Positions 1-8,596 of a DNA stretch of 64,000 bases are shown in pieces. The position numbers and the translations under genes are program-made. How positions within the stretch are numbered: the stretch's first letter is position 1; each line of letters starts with the position of its first letter. Location: IMG/VR virus record IMGVR_UViG_3300009159_000035. One strand, given 5' to 3'. This stretch comes from a virus. The notes beneath the pieces are model-generated. The model searched no databases. It was not told the origin of the DNA and was given only the letters and a program-made list of their open reading frames with translations.

Positions 1-1557
1 AATGTTAATAAAGACGGAAATGTTACATTAGCAAAAATATTCACATACGATTTGGTTGCAGAACCAGGTTTTGCACAAGCTGCGCTTGGCCAAGTATCTG
101 AAAGTTTGCAAAATAACTATTCTGCAATCTTTGAATCATTAGATTCATTAAGAACTAGCGCAATCACTACCCAATTAACAGATATTTCTGAAAACTTCGG
201 TTTTGAGGATTCTGTGAAGATTTACCGAATAAATAATCAAGAAATATCAACTAAACAAAATAATACACAGCAAATGGCTAATGAGTTTGTAACAAAAGAA
301 GAGATGAATCAGTATTCTGAACTGGTTAAAAAGAAATTTTCTTCTCTACAAGAGAATATCTCTAAAAACAATAAAGGTCTTCAAAAGATCAGTGAAAATG
401 CAACAGAAGGAGAATCTCCAGTTGTTGCTAAAATGGTAGAATACGTTAACTATTTAGCTGGCGAAATGGAGCAATTAGTTGAATACTCTAACTATCTTTC
501 AACAATGTTAAATCAAGGTATTAATTACACTGAGCATGTTGCAGAGAAAGTTAATACAGTAATCGATTATTCTGACTATTTAGCAGGCACAGTAGAAAAG
601 AATATTCAATATTCTAGCTACTTAGGAGAAAAACTTAATGAAAACATTAACTATTCTGAATATATTGCTGAAAACGTAGAAAAAACAGTTGAATATGCTA
701 ACTACATTGCAGAAAATGTAGACAGCAGTATTCAATACACAGAATACGTTGGACAAAGTGCAGAAAAAGGAATTCAATTTTCAAATTACTTAGCTGAGAA
801 TTTAGATGCATCTATTAAATACTCTAACTATTTAGGACAAAACCTTAATGAAGGTATTAGATATTCAGAATACATTGCTGAATCATTAAATGAAAAAATC
901 ACTCCTTCAGCTTTAACTAAAACTCGTTCTTTACTTGGAGAAGTTAAAAAATTAAATGAAGGCGTAGAATTTGAAGTTAATGAAACTTCTTCAGTTGATG
1001 ACCTAGTTGGAGCAGTTGATGGACTATTAACTCACATTAAATCAAATTCAGCTAAATCTATTTTGGAAAACAAATATCCATTCTTAAAATTGTTAACTGA
1101 AGGTCGTAAGCAAGCATTCTATAATTTAGATCAGCCTACTAAATCTGCAATTGTTGAAACAATGCAAGGAGCTATCTACTTTAACGAAGCTGAAGTAGTT
1201 AATATTATGGAAGCAGTTCTTAACAAACAAGTTGAAAACACGCCTAATTATATTAAACTTATGCCAGCTGCATACAAGCAATTATTTGAAAGTATGACTG
1301 ACGGAGAAAGAAATTGGATGGCTTCTCAAGCTAACAACTTCACTTTAAATACTTCATATCAAGTTAAGTCTTTTTGGGATTCTCGCGATTTAAGAGGAGT
1401 TAATGAGAGACTTGCAACTGAAACAATTATAAATAATAATTCTATTAACGAAAACCAAGGTAAAGAAGGTTACGTATCGTTAAACCAAATAAACGAAAGT
1501 CTACGTGGTTATTCTAATAACTACATGGACGCTCTTAAAAGAAGAGCACAAAATTAA
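1..1557 (+). CDS. Prohead protease (T4 gp21-like) C-terminus fused to coiled-coil scaffold/prohead core; 5'-truncated by the window
   Basis: Frame 1 is open from base 1 (NVNKDGNVTLAKIFTYDLVAEPGFAQA). TYDLVAEPGF matches the catalytic-Asp region of gp21-type prohead proteases. The gene lies directly upstream of the major capsid gene. The rest is helical with many (L/I)xE sites. The track's TTG start at 52 is not the real start. Confidence 0.8.
   Translation, partial: NVNKDGNVTLAKIFTYDLVAEPGFAQAALGQVSESLQNNYSAIFESLDSLRTSAITTQLTDISENFGFEDSVKIYRINNQEISTKQNNTQQMANEFVTKEEMNQYSELVKKKFSSLQENISKNNKGLQKISENATEGESPVVAKMVEYVNYLAGEMEQLVEYSNYLSTMLNQGINYTEHVAEKVNTVIDYSDYLAGTVEKNIQYSSYLGEKLNENINYSEYIAENVEKTVEYANYIAENVDSSIQYTEYVGQSAEKGIQFSNYLAENLDASIKYSNYLGQNLNEGIRYSEYIAESLNEKITPSALTKTRSLLGEVKKLNEGVEFEVNETSSVDDLVGAVDGLLTHIKSNSAKSILENKYPFLKLLTEGRKQAFYNLDQPTKSAIVETMQGAIYFNEAEVVNIMEAVLNKQVENTPNYIKLMPAAYKQLFESMTDGERNWMASQANNFTLNTSYQVKSFWDSRDLRGVNERLATETIINNNSINENQGKEGYVSLNQINESLRGYSNNYMDALKRRAQN
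227..237 (+). promoter_or_regulatory. Putative late promoter (ATAAATAA) internal to the protease gene
   Basis: GAATAAATAAT, about 37 nt before the in-frame ATG at 274; same core as the intergenic late boxes. Confidence 0.45.
274..1557 (+). CDS. Putative nested in-frame scaffold protein (MANEFVTKEEM...), 427 aa
   Basis: In-frame ATG at 274, preceded by an A-rich leader (aaataatacacagcaa) and a late-promoter box GAATAAATAAT at 227-237 inside a low-complexity linker. Confidence 0.5.
   Translation: MANEFVTKEEMNQYSELVKKKFSSLQENISKNNKGLQKISENATEGESPVVAKMVEYVNYLAGEMEQLVEYSNYLSTMLNQGINYTEHVAEKVNTVIDYSDYLAGTVEKNIQYSSYLGEKLNENINYSEYIAENVEKTVEYANYIAENVDSSIQYTEYVGQSAEKGIQFSNYLAENLDASIKYSNYLGQNLNEGIRYSEYIAESLNEKITPSALTKTRSLLGEVKKLNEGVEFEVNETSSVDDLVGAVDGLLTHIKSNSAKSILENKYPFLKLLTEGRKQAFYNLDQPTKSAIVETMQGAIYFNEAEVVNIMEAVLNKQVENTPNYIKLMPAAYKQLFESMTDGERNWMASQANNFTLNTSYQVKSFWDSRDLRGVNERLATETIINNNSINENQGKEGYVSLNQINESLRGYSNNYMDALKRRAQN
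433..894 (+). repeat. 11 tandem 14-aa (42-nt) degenerate repeats, consensus xI(E/Q/N)YS(N/E)Y(L/I)AExLxx
   Basis: MVEYVNYLAGEMEQ / LVEYSNYLSTMLNQ / GINYTEHVAEKVNT / VIDYSDYLAGTVEK / NIQYSSYLGEKLNE / NINYSEYIAENVEK / TVEYANYIAENVDS / SIQYTEYVGQSAEK / GIQFSNYLAENLDA / SIKYSNYLGQNLNE / GIRYSEYIAESLNE. Confidence 0.95.
1428..1437 (+). promoter_or_regulatory. Putative late promoter for the major capsid gene
   Basis: TATAAATAAT (exact T4 late consensus TATAAATA) about 140 nt upstream of the ATG at 1575. Confidence 0.5.
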
Positions 1558-1574
1558 AAAAACATTTTTAAAAA

Positions 1575-3272
1575 ATGGCAACAAAAATTTTCAAAAAATT
1601 GAACGACGCTTCAATTAAAGAAACTTGGACCCCAATTTTAGAAGGTTATGGTGCAAACGTTACAACTCGCCCTTGGTTAGTTGACTACGCTCACAATCAT
1701 GCTATCTTCGATAATGCAGGTTCAATCAATGAATCAAACACTGGCGTAGCTCCAGGTTTATTCTTACAACAACCAGGTTCTATCAGTTCTATTGGTGCAA
1801 TTAGTTCTCCAACAAGTTCTATGACTCCATTCACAGGTGGTGCTAAAAACGGTTACGGTGCTTCTGTATCTGGTTCTGGTGATAAATTCCCAAGCCTTTT
1901 ACCAGTTGCTATCCAAGTAGCTGCTAAAACTATTGGTTTTGACCTAGTTGGTGTAGTTCCTATGGATTCTCCAGTAGGTTTCTTACCTTACTTGGATTAT
2001 GTATACCAAGGTGGTAACGTAGACAAGCAATACGAACCATATTTGATTAAAATCACAGGTTTGTTAGAAAACCCAGCTGGTGGTGCTAAATTCACAGTAG
2101 CAACTCTTCCATTTACTGAAGGTTCTAACTATGGTGTTAACGAAAGTAACACTGACTTGATTTTACAATTTGTTGGTAAATCACGTGTTGATGGTTCTCC
2201 AATCTTCAAAGTTATCCTATCTCATGATGGTGGTACTCTTGCTGATTACTTTGCAGTTGACGTTGATATTCAACCAGCTAATGCAACTGACGTTTCAGGT
2301 ACTGCGGTAGCAACTTACCGTATTGCTGATAACAAAGTTGAATTAGTTTCTGCTTTAGAAAACCATATTTCTGGTTTTACTTCAGTATCTGACGCTGATT
2401 ATGCTACATCTGACTTCAATGGTCCTTTTATGGGAACTACTGGAACTCAAATGGAAGGTATGGCTCGTCAAACTGCAGAAGGTTCTAAATTCCGTCAAAT
2501 GGGTCTTCGTATGTTCACTAAGTTCATCGAAGCAAAAGGAGATCAAGTTTCTATTTCAGCAACTGTTGAACAAATCCAAGATCTTAACCGAGTTTGGAAC
2601 TTTGACGTAATCTCTATGTTAGAGAACGTAGCAGTTAACGAATTAGCTCAATCTATTAACAAGAAATTAGTTGATAGAGTTCTTAATTTAGGAGCTACTC
2701 ACGCAACTGCAGTTAATGCGGTTGAAGGTGCTGGTATTACTACTTTAGACCTAACTGTTGGAACAATGGGATATGAGAATATTTCAACTCTACAACGTCG
2801 TGTTGTAACTAAAATTCTTGAAATGGCTAACTTGATTTATCATAGAGGTCGTTTTGGTGCAGGTACATACATCGTTACTAACGGTCGTGTTGCTTCTGCT
2901 TTAGCAGATGTAGCTGGTTATACTTTCTCTCCATTCAATAACGATTTACCATCTACTGCTGGTCAATTATACCCTGCTGGTAAAGTACACGGTTTAACAA
3001 TTTATGTTGATCCTAACTTGAAATTCACCGATAACCGTATTCATATTGGTCGTAAAGGTGCGGATGAAGAACCAGGTGTTAAATTCCTTCCATATATCAT
3101 GGCAGAGTCTCTTCAAACAATTGCAGAGGGAACTTTCTCTCCAAAAATTGGTATGAAATCTCGTTATGCTATCACTGAAGCTGGATGGCACCCAGAAACT
3201 CAATACATTACTTTGAACGTAACAGGTCTAGGTGTATTGACAGGATCTGTAGCACCAGCTGCTTCTTACTAA
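1575..3272 (+). CDS. gp23: Major capsid protein (T4 gp23-like)
   Basis: DLVGVVPMDSPVGFL, TVEQIQDL, ELAQSINKKLV, FLPYI...TFSPKIGMKSRYA match gp23 family motifs. 565 aa, strongly biased codon usage, followed by a strong terminator. Confidence 0.95.
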   Translation: MATKIFKKLNDASIKETWTPILEGYGANVTTRPWLVDYAHNHAIFDNAGSINESNTGVAPGLFLQQPGSISSIGAISSPTSSMTPFTGGAKNGYGASVSGSGDKFPSLLPVAIQVAAKTIGFDLVGVVPMDSPVGFLPYLDYVYQGGNVDKQYEPYLIKITGLLENPAGGAKFTVATLPFTEGSNYGVNESNTDLILQFVGKSRVDGSPIFKVILSHDGGTLADYFAVDVDIQPANATDVSGTAVATYRIADNKVELVSALENHISGFTSVSDADYATSDFNGPFMGTTGTQMEGMARQTAEGSKFRQMGLRMFTKFIEAKGDQVSISATVEQIQDLNRVWNFDVISMLENVAVNELAQSINKKLVDRVLNLGATHATAVNAVEGAGITTLDLTVGTMGYENISTLQRRVVTKILEMANLIYHRGRFGAGTYIVTNGRVASALADVAGYTFSPFNNDLPSTAGQLYPAGKVHGLTIYVDPNLKFTDNRIHIGRKGADEEPGVKFLPYIMAESLQTIAEGTFSPKIGMKSRYAITEAGWHPETQYITLNVTGLGVLTGSVAPAASY

Positions 3273-3297
3273 TAATAAGATTTAATAAGCTAATCTC

Positions 3298-3333
3298 AAA
3301 AAGGCTCCTCACAAGGGAGCCTTTTTCTTTTTT
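3298..3333 (+). terminator. Rho-independent terminator after the capsid gene
   Basis: AAAAAGGCTCC-tcacaag-GGAGCCTTTTT followed by a T-tract. Confidence 0.9.
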
Positions 3334-3346
3334 AAGGATGGGTCGC

Positions 3347-3357
3347 TAATAAATAAC
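3347..3357 (+). promoter_or_regulatory. Late promoter TAATAAATAAC
   Basis: Immediately after the terminator and about 32 nt before the ATG at 3390; recurrent motif. Confidence 0.7.
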
Positions 3358-3389
3358 ATTCTAAAGTACTTAAAAAATAATATAAACAA

Positions 3390-3755
3390 ATGAGCAATTC
3401 TGTTTTAAACTACTCACAATTTCTTTTAGAAAAGAAAGCAATCAACCAAGAAATGGCAATGTTGCCTAAAGGTAAAGGTTCAAAATCTACTAAATCAGTA
3501 GGATCTGAAATGTCTGAACTTCCAAAAGGAAAAGGAAAAGGTATTAGCAAATCAGTAAAACCTGAAATGTCTACTCTTCCTAAAGGAAAAGGTAAAATGA
3601 TTGGAAAATCAGTAGATACGAAAGTTTCTAAATTACCTACAACTAAAGGTGCTTCACCTAAAAAATCAGTAGACTCTAAAATGTCTAAATTGATAATTAA
3701 AGGTAAAGCTATTAGTAAGAAAGTTGAGCCTAACATGGCTAAAATGCCTAAGTAA
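3390..3755 (+). CDS. Lys-rich repeat protein, probable DNA-binding internal head protein with capsid-targeting leader
   Basis: Leader VLNYSQFLLE, then 5-6 copies of a ~19-aa unit (EMSxLPKGKGKxISKSV); highly basic. Confidence 0.7.
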   Translation: MSNSVLNYSQFLLEKKAINQEMAMLPKGKGSKSTKSVGSEMSELPKGKGKGISKSVKPEMSTLPKGKGKMIGKSVDTKVSKLPTTKGASPKKSVDSKMSKLIIKGKAISKKVEPNMAKMPK

Positions 3756-3774
3756 TTAAAAAACCCATTCTGAA

Positions 3775-4080
3775 ATGTCAGATCAAAGAAAACACAAGGT
3801 CACGTCCTTTCAGTCGTTTGTTATTCAGGAAAATTCAATAAAGGATTTAGTTGGAAAAACTGATGACGAGCAATTGGACTTAGATGACGCTCGTAGTATT
3901 GGAAAAAAGATTTCCAAAATGAAAGGTGAAGATCGTAAGAAATATGTTGGCATTGTTAATTTTATGGGAGCATCTTGTAGAATTTACAATGAGATTTGGG
4001 CTAACTATAAACCAGTTGATCCATCAACCAAAAAATCAAACCGTGGAAAAGAATTCCAAGGTGAAAAAGAAGTAGGTTAA
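3775..4080 (+). CDS. Hypothetical protein, probable internal head protein
   Basis: 101-aa ORF in the late operon; N-terminal VTSFQSFVIQE resembles the targeting leader. Confidence 0.6.
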   Translation: MSDQRKHKVTSFQSFVIQENSIKDLVGKTDDEQLDLDDARSIGKKISKMKGEDRKKYVGIVNFMGASCRIYNEIWANYKPVDPSTKKSNRGKEFQGEKEVG

Positions 4081-4083
4081 TAA

Positions 4084-5172
4084 TTGAGTGCACAAGGAGT
4101 AATAGCTGAATCGGTTGCAAGTTTTAAAATAACTTGGGATAATCCAGGCAATGGTCAACAACCAAAGTGGGATCAAACTAAACAGTCAATTGAGTTAAAT
4201 CAAACTGACGTTTATCCTGACTTACAATATGTGTCAGCATTTGCAGCTCCAATCTATACCAAGTATACATCTGGATCACTTTTAAATGACTTAATAGTTG
4301 AGATCAATAAAGTTATTGACTCTAAATTAGCTAGTACCTCTGATAAAAAAGAGAAAGTTGATGAATTATCTTTGCCGGCAGGTCAACCTGCAGCTAAGCA
4401 GCTAGGAGCAGGTCAACCTAATCCTTTTTTAGATGACCCTGACGAAGAAGAGACAGATACTAAACCTGCACAAGAAAACGAACCTAATAATCAAATAATT
4501 CAAGGCAAACCTGAAGATGATTTAGTTAATCCCGAGTCATCTCAAGCAGCTGAGGTTATAGGTAATAAGCCTACACAAGAAAAAGAACCAGAGGTGACGA
4601 CAAATGATCAGGACCTGGTTATTAATAATACAACAACTACAACGACTACTGCACCACAAAAAGCAGAGTCATCGGCCTATACTGTTACGGTATATGGTGA
4701 TAAATTAAGATTTTTAGAAGGACAAGAGGGTCGAGGAGCTTATTCTTCAGGTATTAAGTTTTTATATAAGGTTTCAAATAACCTAACTAAACAAGTAGCT
4801 GGAGAACAAATTGATAACAGAACAAAGATTTGGGCAGAAGTTGCTCTAGCTGGACTATTATCAAAAGTAGTAAGATTTGAATTTGCGGATTTTGATGAAA
4901 TTGAATTTAAGTTTGGAGGAAATTTACTAGCTCAGGTATTACCTTCAATTGAATTAAGTTTTACACCAGATCCAAATTCAATTTACTCAAAAGAAAAACC
5001 TGAACTTGATATTGCAGATGTTATTAAAGCTACTAATATTACATTAGGAACTAAAACCACTTCTGAAATTATGTCTTTACAGAAACAAATACAGAAAGAA
5101 ATCGACTCACGTGAACCTGTTGAAAAACAAAAGCAGCCTGGTAAACAAAGTGATTCGGTTGATAATAAATAA
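4084..5172 (+). CDS. Hypothetical late protein with a low-complexity acidic/Pro/Thr central linker
   Basis: 362-aa ORF with a TTG start 3 nt after the previous stop; contains a T7 run; between head and tail-tube genes. Confidence 0.7.
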   Translation: MSAQGVIAESVASFKITWDNPGNGQQPKWDQTKQSIELNQTDVYPDLQYVSAFAAPIYTKYTSGSLLNDLIVEINKVIDSKLASTSDKKEKVDELSLPAGQPAAKQLGAGQPNPFLDDPDEEETDTKPAQENEPNNQIIQGKPEDDLVNPESSQAAEVIGNKPTQEKEPEVTTNDQDLVINNTTTTTTTAPQKAESSAYTVTVYGDKLRFLEGQEGRGAYSSGIKFLYKVSNNLTKQVAGEQIDNRTKIWAEVALAGLLSKVVRFEFADFDEIEFKFGGNLLAQVLPSIELSFTPDPNSIYSKEKPELDIADVIKATNITLGTKTTSEIMSLQKQIQKEIDSREPVEKQKQPGKQSDSVDNK

Positions 5173-5173
5173 C
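5163..5173 (+). promoter_or_regulatory. Late promoter TAATAAATAAC
   Basis: About 20 nt upstream of the tail tube ATG. Confidence 0.7.
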
Positions 5174-5192
5174 TAAAAAAATACGAGATAAA

Positions 5193-5780
5193 ATGGCAGG
5201 TCTACCACATTTTAAAAATTCAGCAGCAGGTCCAGGTAAATATGAACCCCTGTACCTTAATCAATTTGAGGTGATTATTACGGCACCACCATTGGTATCA
5301 GGTAAAATAGGTTTCAATAACAACTTAATGCTTGAGCACGTAACTAAAGTAACAAGTTTACCAGAATATTCAGGATCAGGATCAGGAGTAGTTACTCAAA
5401 ACTATAAATTCTCTCAAAGAACTTATGCTCCAGCTAAGCCAGCTCAAACATATCATCAGTTTAATATTGAGTTTGAGGTTAACTTAAATAACAATAATGA
5501 TATGTATATCTACAATGCTCTTAGAGCATGGGGAGATTTAATATATGATCCATTGACTGGTCGTCAAGGTCTAAAGACTGATTATGCAAATGCAAGTATT
5601 CAAGTAACAATGTTTAATAGAGCTGGTGTAATTTATAGAGATTTTGTATTTACCCCAGTATTTCTTGGTCCAACTAAAATGACTGAAACTGTTCTTGACT
5701 ATACTGCAGATAATTCAATTTATAAGTTAACTGCACAATTTACAGCAGACAAATATACAGACACTCGAATCGGTCAATAA
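5193..5780 (+). CDS. gp19: Tail tube protein (T4 gp19-like)
   Basis: 195 aa; EPLYLNQFEV, YNALRAWGDLIYDPLTGRQGLKTDY, LDY...LTAQFTAD fit the gp19 tube family. Confidence 0.85.
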   Translation: MAGLPHFKNSAAGPGKYEPLYLNQFEVIITAPPLVSGKIGFNNNLMLEHVTKVTSLPEYSGSGSGVVTQNYKFSQRTYAPAKPAQTYHQFNIEFEVNLNNNNDMYIYNALRAWGDLIYDPLTGRQGLKTDYANASIQVTMFNRAGVIYRDFVFTPVFLGPTKMTETVLDYTADNSIYKLTAQFTADKYTDTRIGQ

Positions 5781-5798
5781 AATAACAGTTATTATAAA

Positions 5799-6452
5799 AT
5801 GGACATGTTTAATGTAAAACGCCGAGATAATCCTTCAATGGATAAACATATGGATCTAAAGAAGCCAGGCTTCGGTGGACCAAATTCAAAGGAAGACTTT
5901 GATAAATCAAAAAGAAAATCACTTGAAGGATACCAACGAGTAGTTGACAGAAATGCCGATTTCGAAGGTGGAAATTTCAATCATAATTATGATCCAACGT
6001 GGAAAGCAGTAACCCGTGATTTAATTTCAAGAACTGCAAAGAAAAAACCATTTAATCCAATGTACGCAAAACAAACAATTGCAACAGTTAATGCTGTTGA
6101 AGAAGGTACTATCAAACGCTTTGAACAATTCGTTAATGAAAACGAAGGTTTTAATATGTTCGCTGAAGCCGAAGACGAAACTACTCCAGAAATGGAAGAA
6201 ACTACTCCAGAAATGGAAGAAGTTGAAGTAGATCAAGAACAAGTAGAAATGCTAATGGCAGATTTCGGAGATGCTCTTGAAGAAATGATTGATGAAATCG
6301 CTGAAAAAATGGAACTTGAAAAAGAAGAAGTTTGCGATATTTTATGTGCAGCTATTAAAAAGATGTGCGCTCCTGCTGAAGAAGAGGAAGAAGAAGACAA
6401 TCAAGACAATCAAGACAACGAAGACCCTTCTACTGAAGAAGACGAAAATTAA
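5799..6452 (+). CDS. Acidic prohead-core/internal protein
   Basis: Basic N-half; internal IKRFEQFVNE at 6111-6140; very acidic C-half with a 21-nt duplication (ETTPEME x2) and DNQ repeats. Confidence 0.65.
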   Translation: MDMFNVKRRDNPSMDKHMDLKKPGFGGPNSKEDFDKSKRKSLEGYQRVVDRNADFEGGNFNHNYDPTWKAVTRDLISRTAKKKPFNPMYAKQTIATVNAVEEGTIKRFEQFVNENEGFNMFAEAEDETTPEMEETTPEMEEVEVDQEQVEMLMADFGDALEEMIDEIAEKMELEKEEVCDILCAAIKKMCAPAEEEEEEDNQDNQDNEDPSTEEDEN

Positions 6453-6462
6453 GCCCAAATCA

Positions 6463-6822
6463 ATGAAATTGATTAAATTATTTGAACAATGGGTTTCCGA
6501 AGAAGGATTAGAACCACTAAAACTTGAAGTACCTGAGGTACCAAAAGAAGCGGTTGAAGATACGTATACTCTTGCGTTATCAACTAATGAATTTGGAGAT
6601 TTTGAAGTTACTGCAGTTATTGATTCAGAAGTTACAACTGACTCAACTGAGGCGTTTAAAGTAATTAGTTCAAATACTTCAAACATTGAAGTCGGAGCAA
6701 CGATTATGGTTTCATCAACCGTTGATAAAAATGATGATTCTGATATTGTTATAATAAATGACCAAAATCGCCCAGAAGATTCATTAATTTATTCAGGGAA
6801 AATTCAAATTACTAAATTGTAA
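6463..6822 (+). CDS. Hypothetical internal head protein (start corrected to ATG 6463)
   Basis: Leader MKLIKLFEQWVSEE. The track's start at 6289 overlaps the previous gene. Confidence 0.7.
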   Translation: MKLIKLFEQWVSEEGLEPLKLEVPEVPKEAVEDTYTLALSTNEFGDFEVTAVIDSEVTTDSTEAFKVISSNTSNIEVGATIMVSSTVDKNDDSDIVIINDQNRPEDSLIYSGKIQITKL

Positions 6823-6846
6823 ATTTTAAAAGTATATTAGATTAAG

Positions 6847-6871
6847 AAAGGGGCTTTATTGCCCCTTTTTT
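6847..6871. terminator. Terminator between convergent late (+) and nucleotide-metabolism (-) operons
   Basis: AAAGGGGC-tttatt-GCCCCTTTTTT. Confidence 0.8.
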
Positions 6872-7257
6872 ATTGTATCTACCCCAGTTAGGTCCCCAAT
6901 CTCTAAGTCTGAATCAATTAAGTGTGGAACAAAGTCAATTGTTGAGTATGCGGTATTTAAGAATTTAACAGTATTGTTAATATTACTTGCACTTAGGCCG
7001 GCGTTAACATAAATTATTCGATTGTATTTTCTGTTTCTTACGTTAATTGCCTTATCAATTAATTTCTTAATTTCATAATTAATTAAGAATGACTGTATTT
7101 TATTAGGAACTAGAATTTCCTGATCAAATTTTTCTTTAATGATTTTATTTACATTTAGTAAATAATCGCATTTTTGCTTTTTAGTAAAAATTTGAATGAA
7201 TTGTTTTTGATCCTTTACGAAAATTATTTCGAGAGTACGATCTACTGAATCTATCAT
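6856..7257 (-). CDS. Hypothetical protein, possibly a degenerate P-loop kinase fold
   Basis: 133 aa; ATGA overlap with the dCMP deaminase stop; beta/alpha pattern like small nucleotide kinases but no GxxxxGK. Confidence 0.55.
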   Translation of the reverse strand: MIDSVDRTLEIIFVKDQKQFIQIFTKKQKCDYLLNVNKIIKEKFDQEILVPNKIQSFLINYEIKKLIDKAINVRNRKYNRIIYVNAGLSASNINNTVKFLNTAYSTIDFVPHLIDSDLEIGDLTGVDTIKKGQ

Positions 7258-7709
7258 ATTAAATCATGGTCGATTTTTTTAACCTCAATTCCAGCACGAC
7301 GTAAAAAATCTAAGCCGTTTATATCTCGGTATTCTTCAAGATATACAACTCGTTTAATACCAGCCTGTAGAATTAATTTACTACAGTCAGTGCATGGGGA
7401 ATATGTAATATATAAGGTTGCACCATCACTACTTTGAGTAGATTTAGCGACTTTTGCTAATGCATTGGATTCGGCATGTAAAACATACCATTTAGTTTTA
7501 TATTCTTTAAAAGAACCATCTTCATTATTGATAGCCTCTTCACATTCATTTTCAAAGCCAGAAGGGGTTCCATTAAACCCATCTGATATGATTGTGTTAT
7601 TTTTTACAATTAATGCACCAACCTTTTTTCTAGTTGCATGAGATAACTCTGCCCAAACTTGAGCCATTTTAATGTATGTTATATCTATTTTATGTTGCTT
7701 TTGAGACAT
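7254..7709 (-). CDS. cd: dCMP deaminase
   Basis: KVGALIVK, GFNGTPSG, HAESNA and PCTDC zinc motifs. Confidence 0.95.
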   Translation of the reverse strand: MSQKQHKIDITYIKMAQVWAELSHATRKKVGALIVKNNTIISDGFNGTPSGFENECEEAINNEDGSFKEYKTKWYVLHAESNALAKVAKSTQSSDGATLYITYSPCTDCSKLILQAGIKRVVYLEEYRDINGLDFLRRAGIEVKKIDHDLI

Positions 7710-7711
7710 TT

Positions 7712-8596
7712 TTAGTTAGATTGAATAGTTTTATCATATATCCATTTAAAAATATCTTCTCCATCTTGGAATAGAATAATATCATTGGACTCTGACGTAA
7801 TTGAATTAAACAGCGTTTTAAAATCTGCGGTTTGGCTGCCATCTATTTCAATTAAGTTTGATACAATTGGCGGTAAGGTTATTGGTGTAAATGGTTCAGC
7901 TAGCATTCTTGAAGCAAGGTCATAGTGTCTATCATAGACATGATATGAATTTGCAACATGAGTATAGGTTCCCAATTCAAGATCTGGATAAAAAGGTTTT
8001 AGATGAGATAGTATTTGCATCTGTAATGAACAAAAGAAGGCTACGTCAGTTGCTGTACCCCATATTGCATCATTACTTCTCATAAATACACTCATGTATA
8101 ACTTATTTTGTCTGATATGTAAGTTTGCATACATTGTACAAACAAAATCTTTATTTGAAGGGTATTGATGTTTTGGTTTATTAAAGTGTAATACGGCTTG
8201 TCTAGTATTCTGGTCAGTTGCTAAACTTTGGATTGCCCATTGGTATTGGCTAATTGCATGCTCATTCTTTTCAGTAAATATCAAGTTTCCATATGCTGAG
8301 TTAACTGTTCCATCAATATTTTGAATTTCTTCCCAAAACTTTGCCCATTTTGAAATAAAGGCTACGTCACTACGACCTGCATAATACCACAAAAACTCAG
8401 CAGCAATATATTTTTGCTGAGAACCCCTAACTGAATTTTCATAAAGACATTGGGTTGGGTCTTCAATAACTAGCGCAACATTTAATAACTCTTTACTAGT
8501 AGTGCCTCGTGCATTATTAACAAGTCCATAAGTTAATAAAAACTTAATAGAATCACTATATGCATCAGCAAATGTTAAACCTTTAAATATTATCAT
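7712..8596 (-). CDS. Thymidylate-synthase-family enzyme of dCMP hydroxymethylase/methylase (T4 gp42-like) type
   Basis: EFLWY, DGTVNSAYG, TRQA, KDFVCT (catalytic Cys), MRSNDAIWGTATDV, SYHVYDRH; Asp at the pyrimidine-specificity position. Confidence 0.8.
   Translation of the reverse strand: MIIFKGLTFADAYSDSIKFLLTYGLVNNARGTTSKELLNVALVIEDPTQCLYENSVRGSQQKYIAAEFLWYYAGRSDVAFISKWAKFWEEIQNIDGTVNSAYGNLIFTEKNEHAISQYQWAIQSLATDQNTRQAVLHFNKPKHQYPSNKDFVCTMYANLHIRQNKLYMSVFMRSNDAIWGTATDVAFFCSLQMQILSHLKPFYPDLELGTYTHVANSYHVYDRHYDLASRMLAEPFTPITLPPIVSNLIEIDGSQTADFKTLFNSITSESNDIILFQDGEDIFKWIYDKTIQSN

Noticed and set aside
7712-8596. Canonical thyA
   Set aside because: Lacks PFN and has Asp at the specificity site; the motifs are closer to dCMP hydroxymethylase, so the symbol was withheld.
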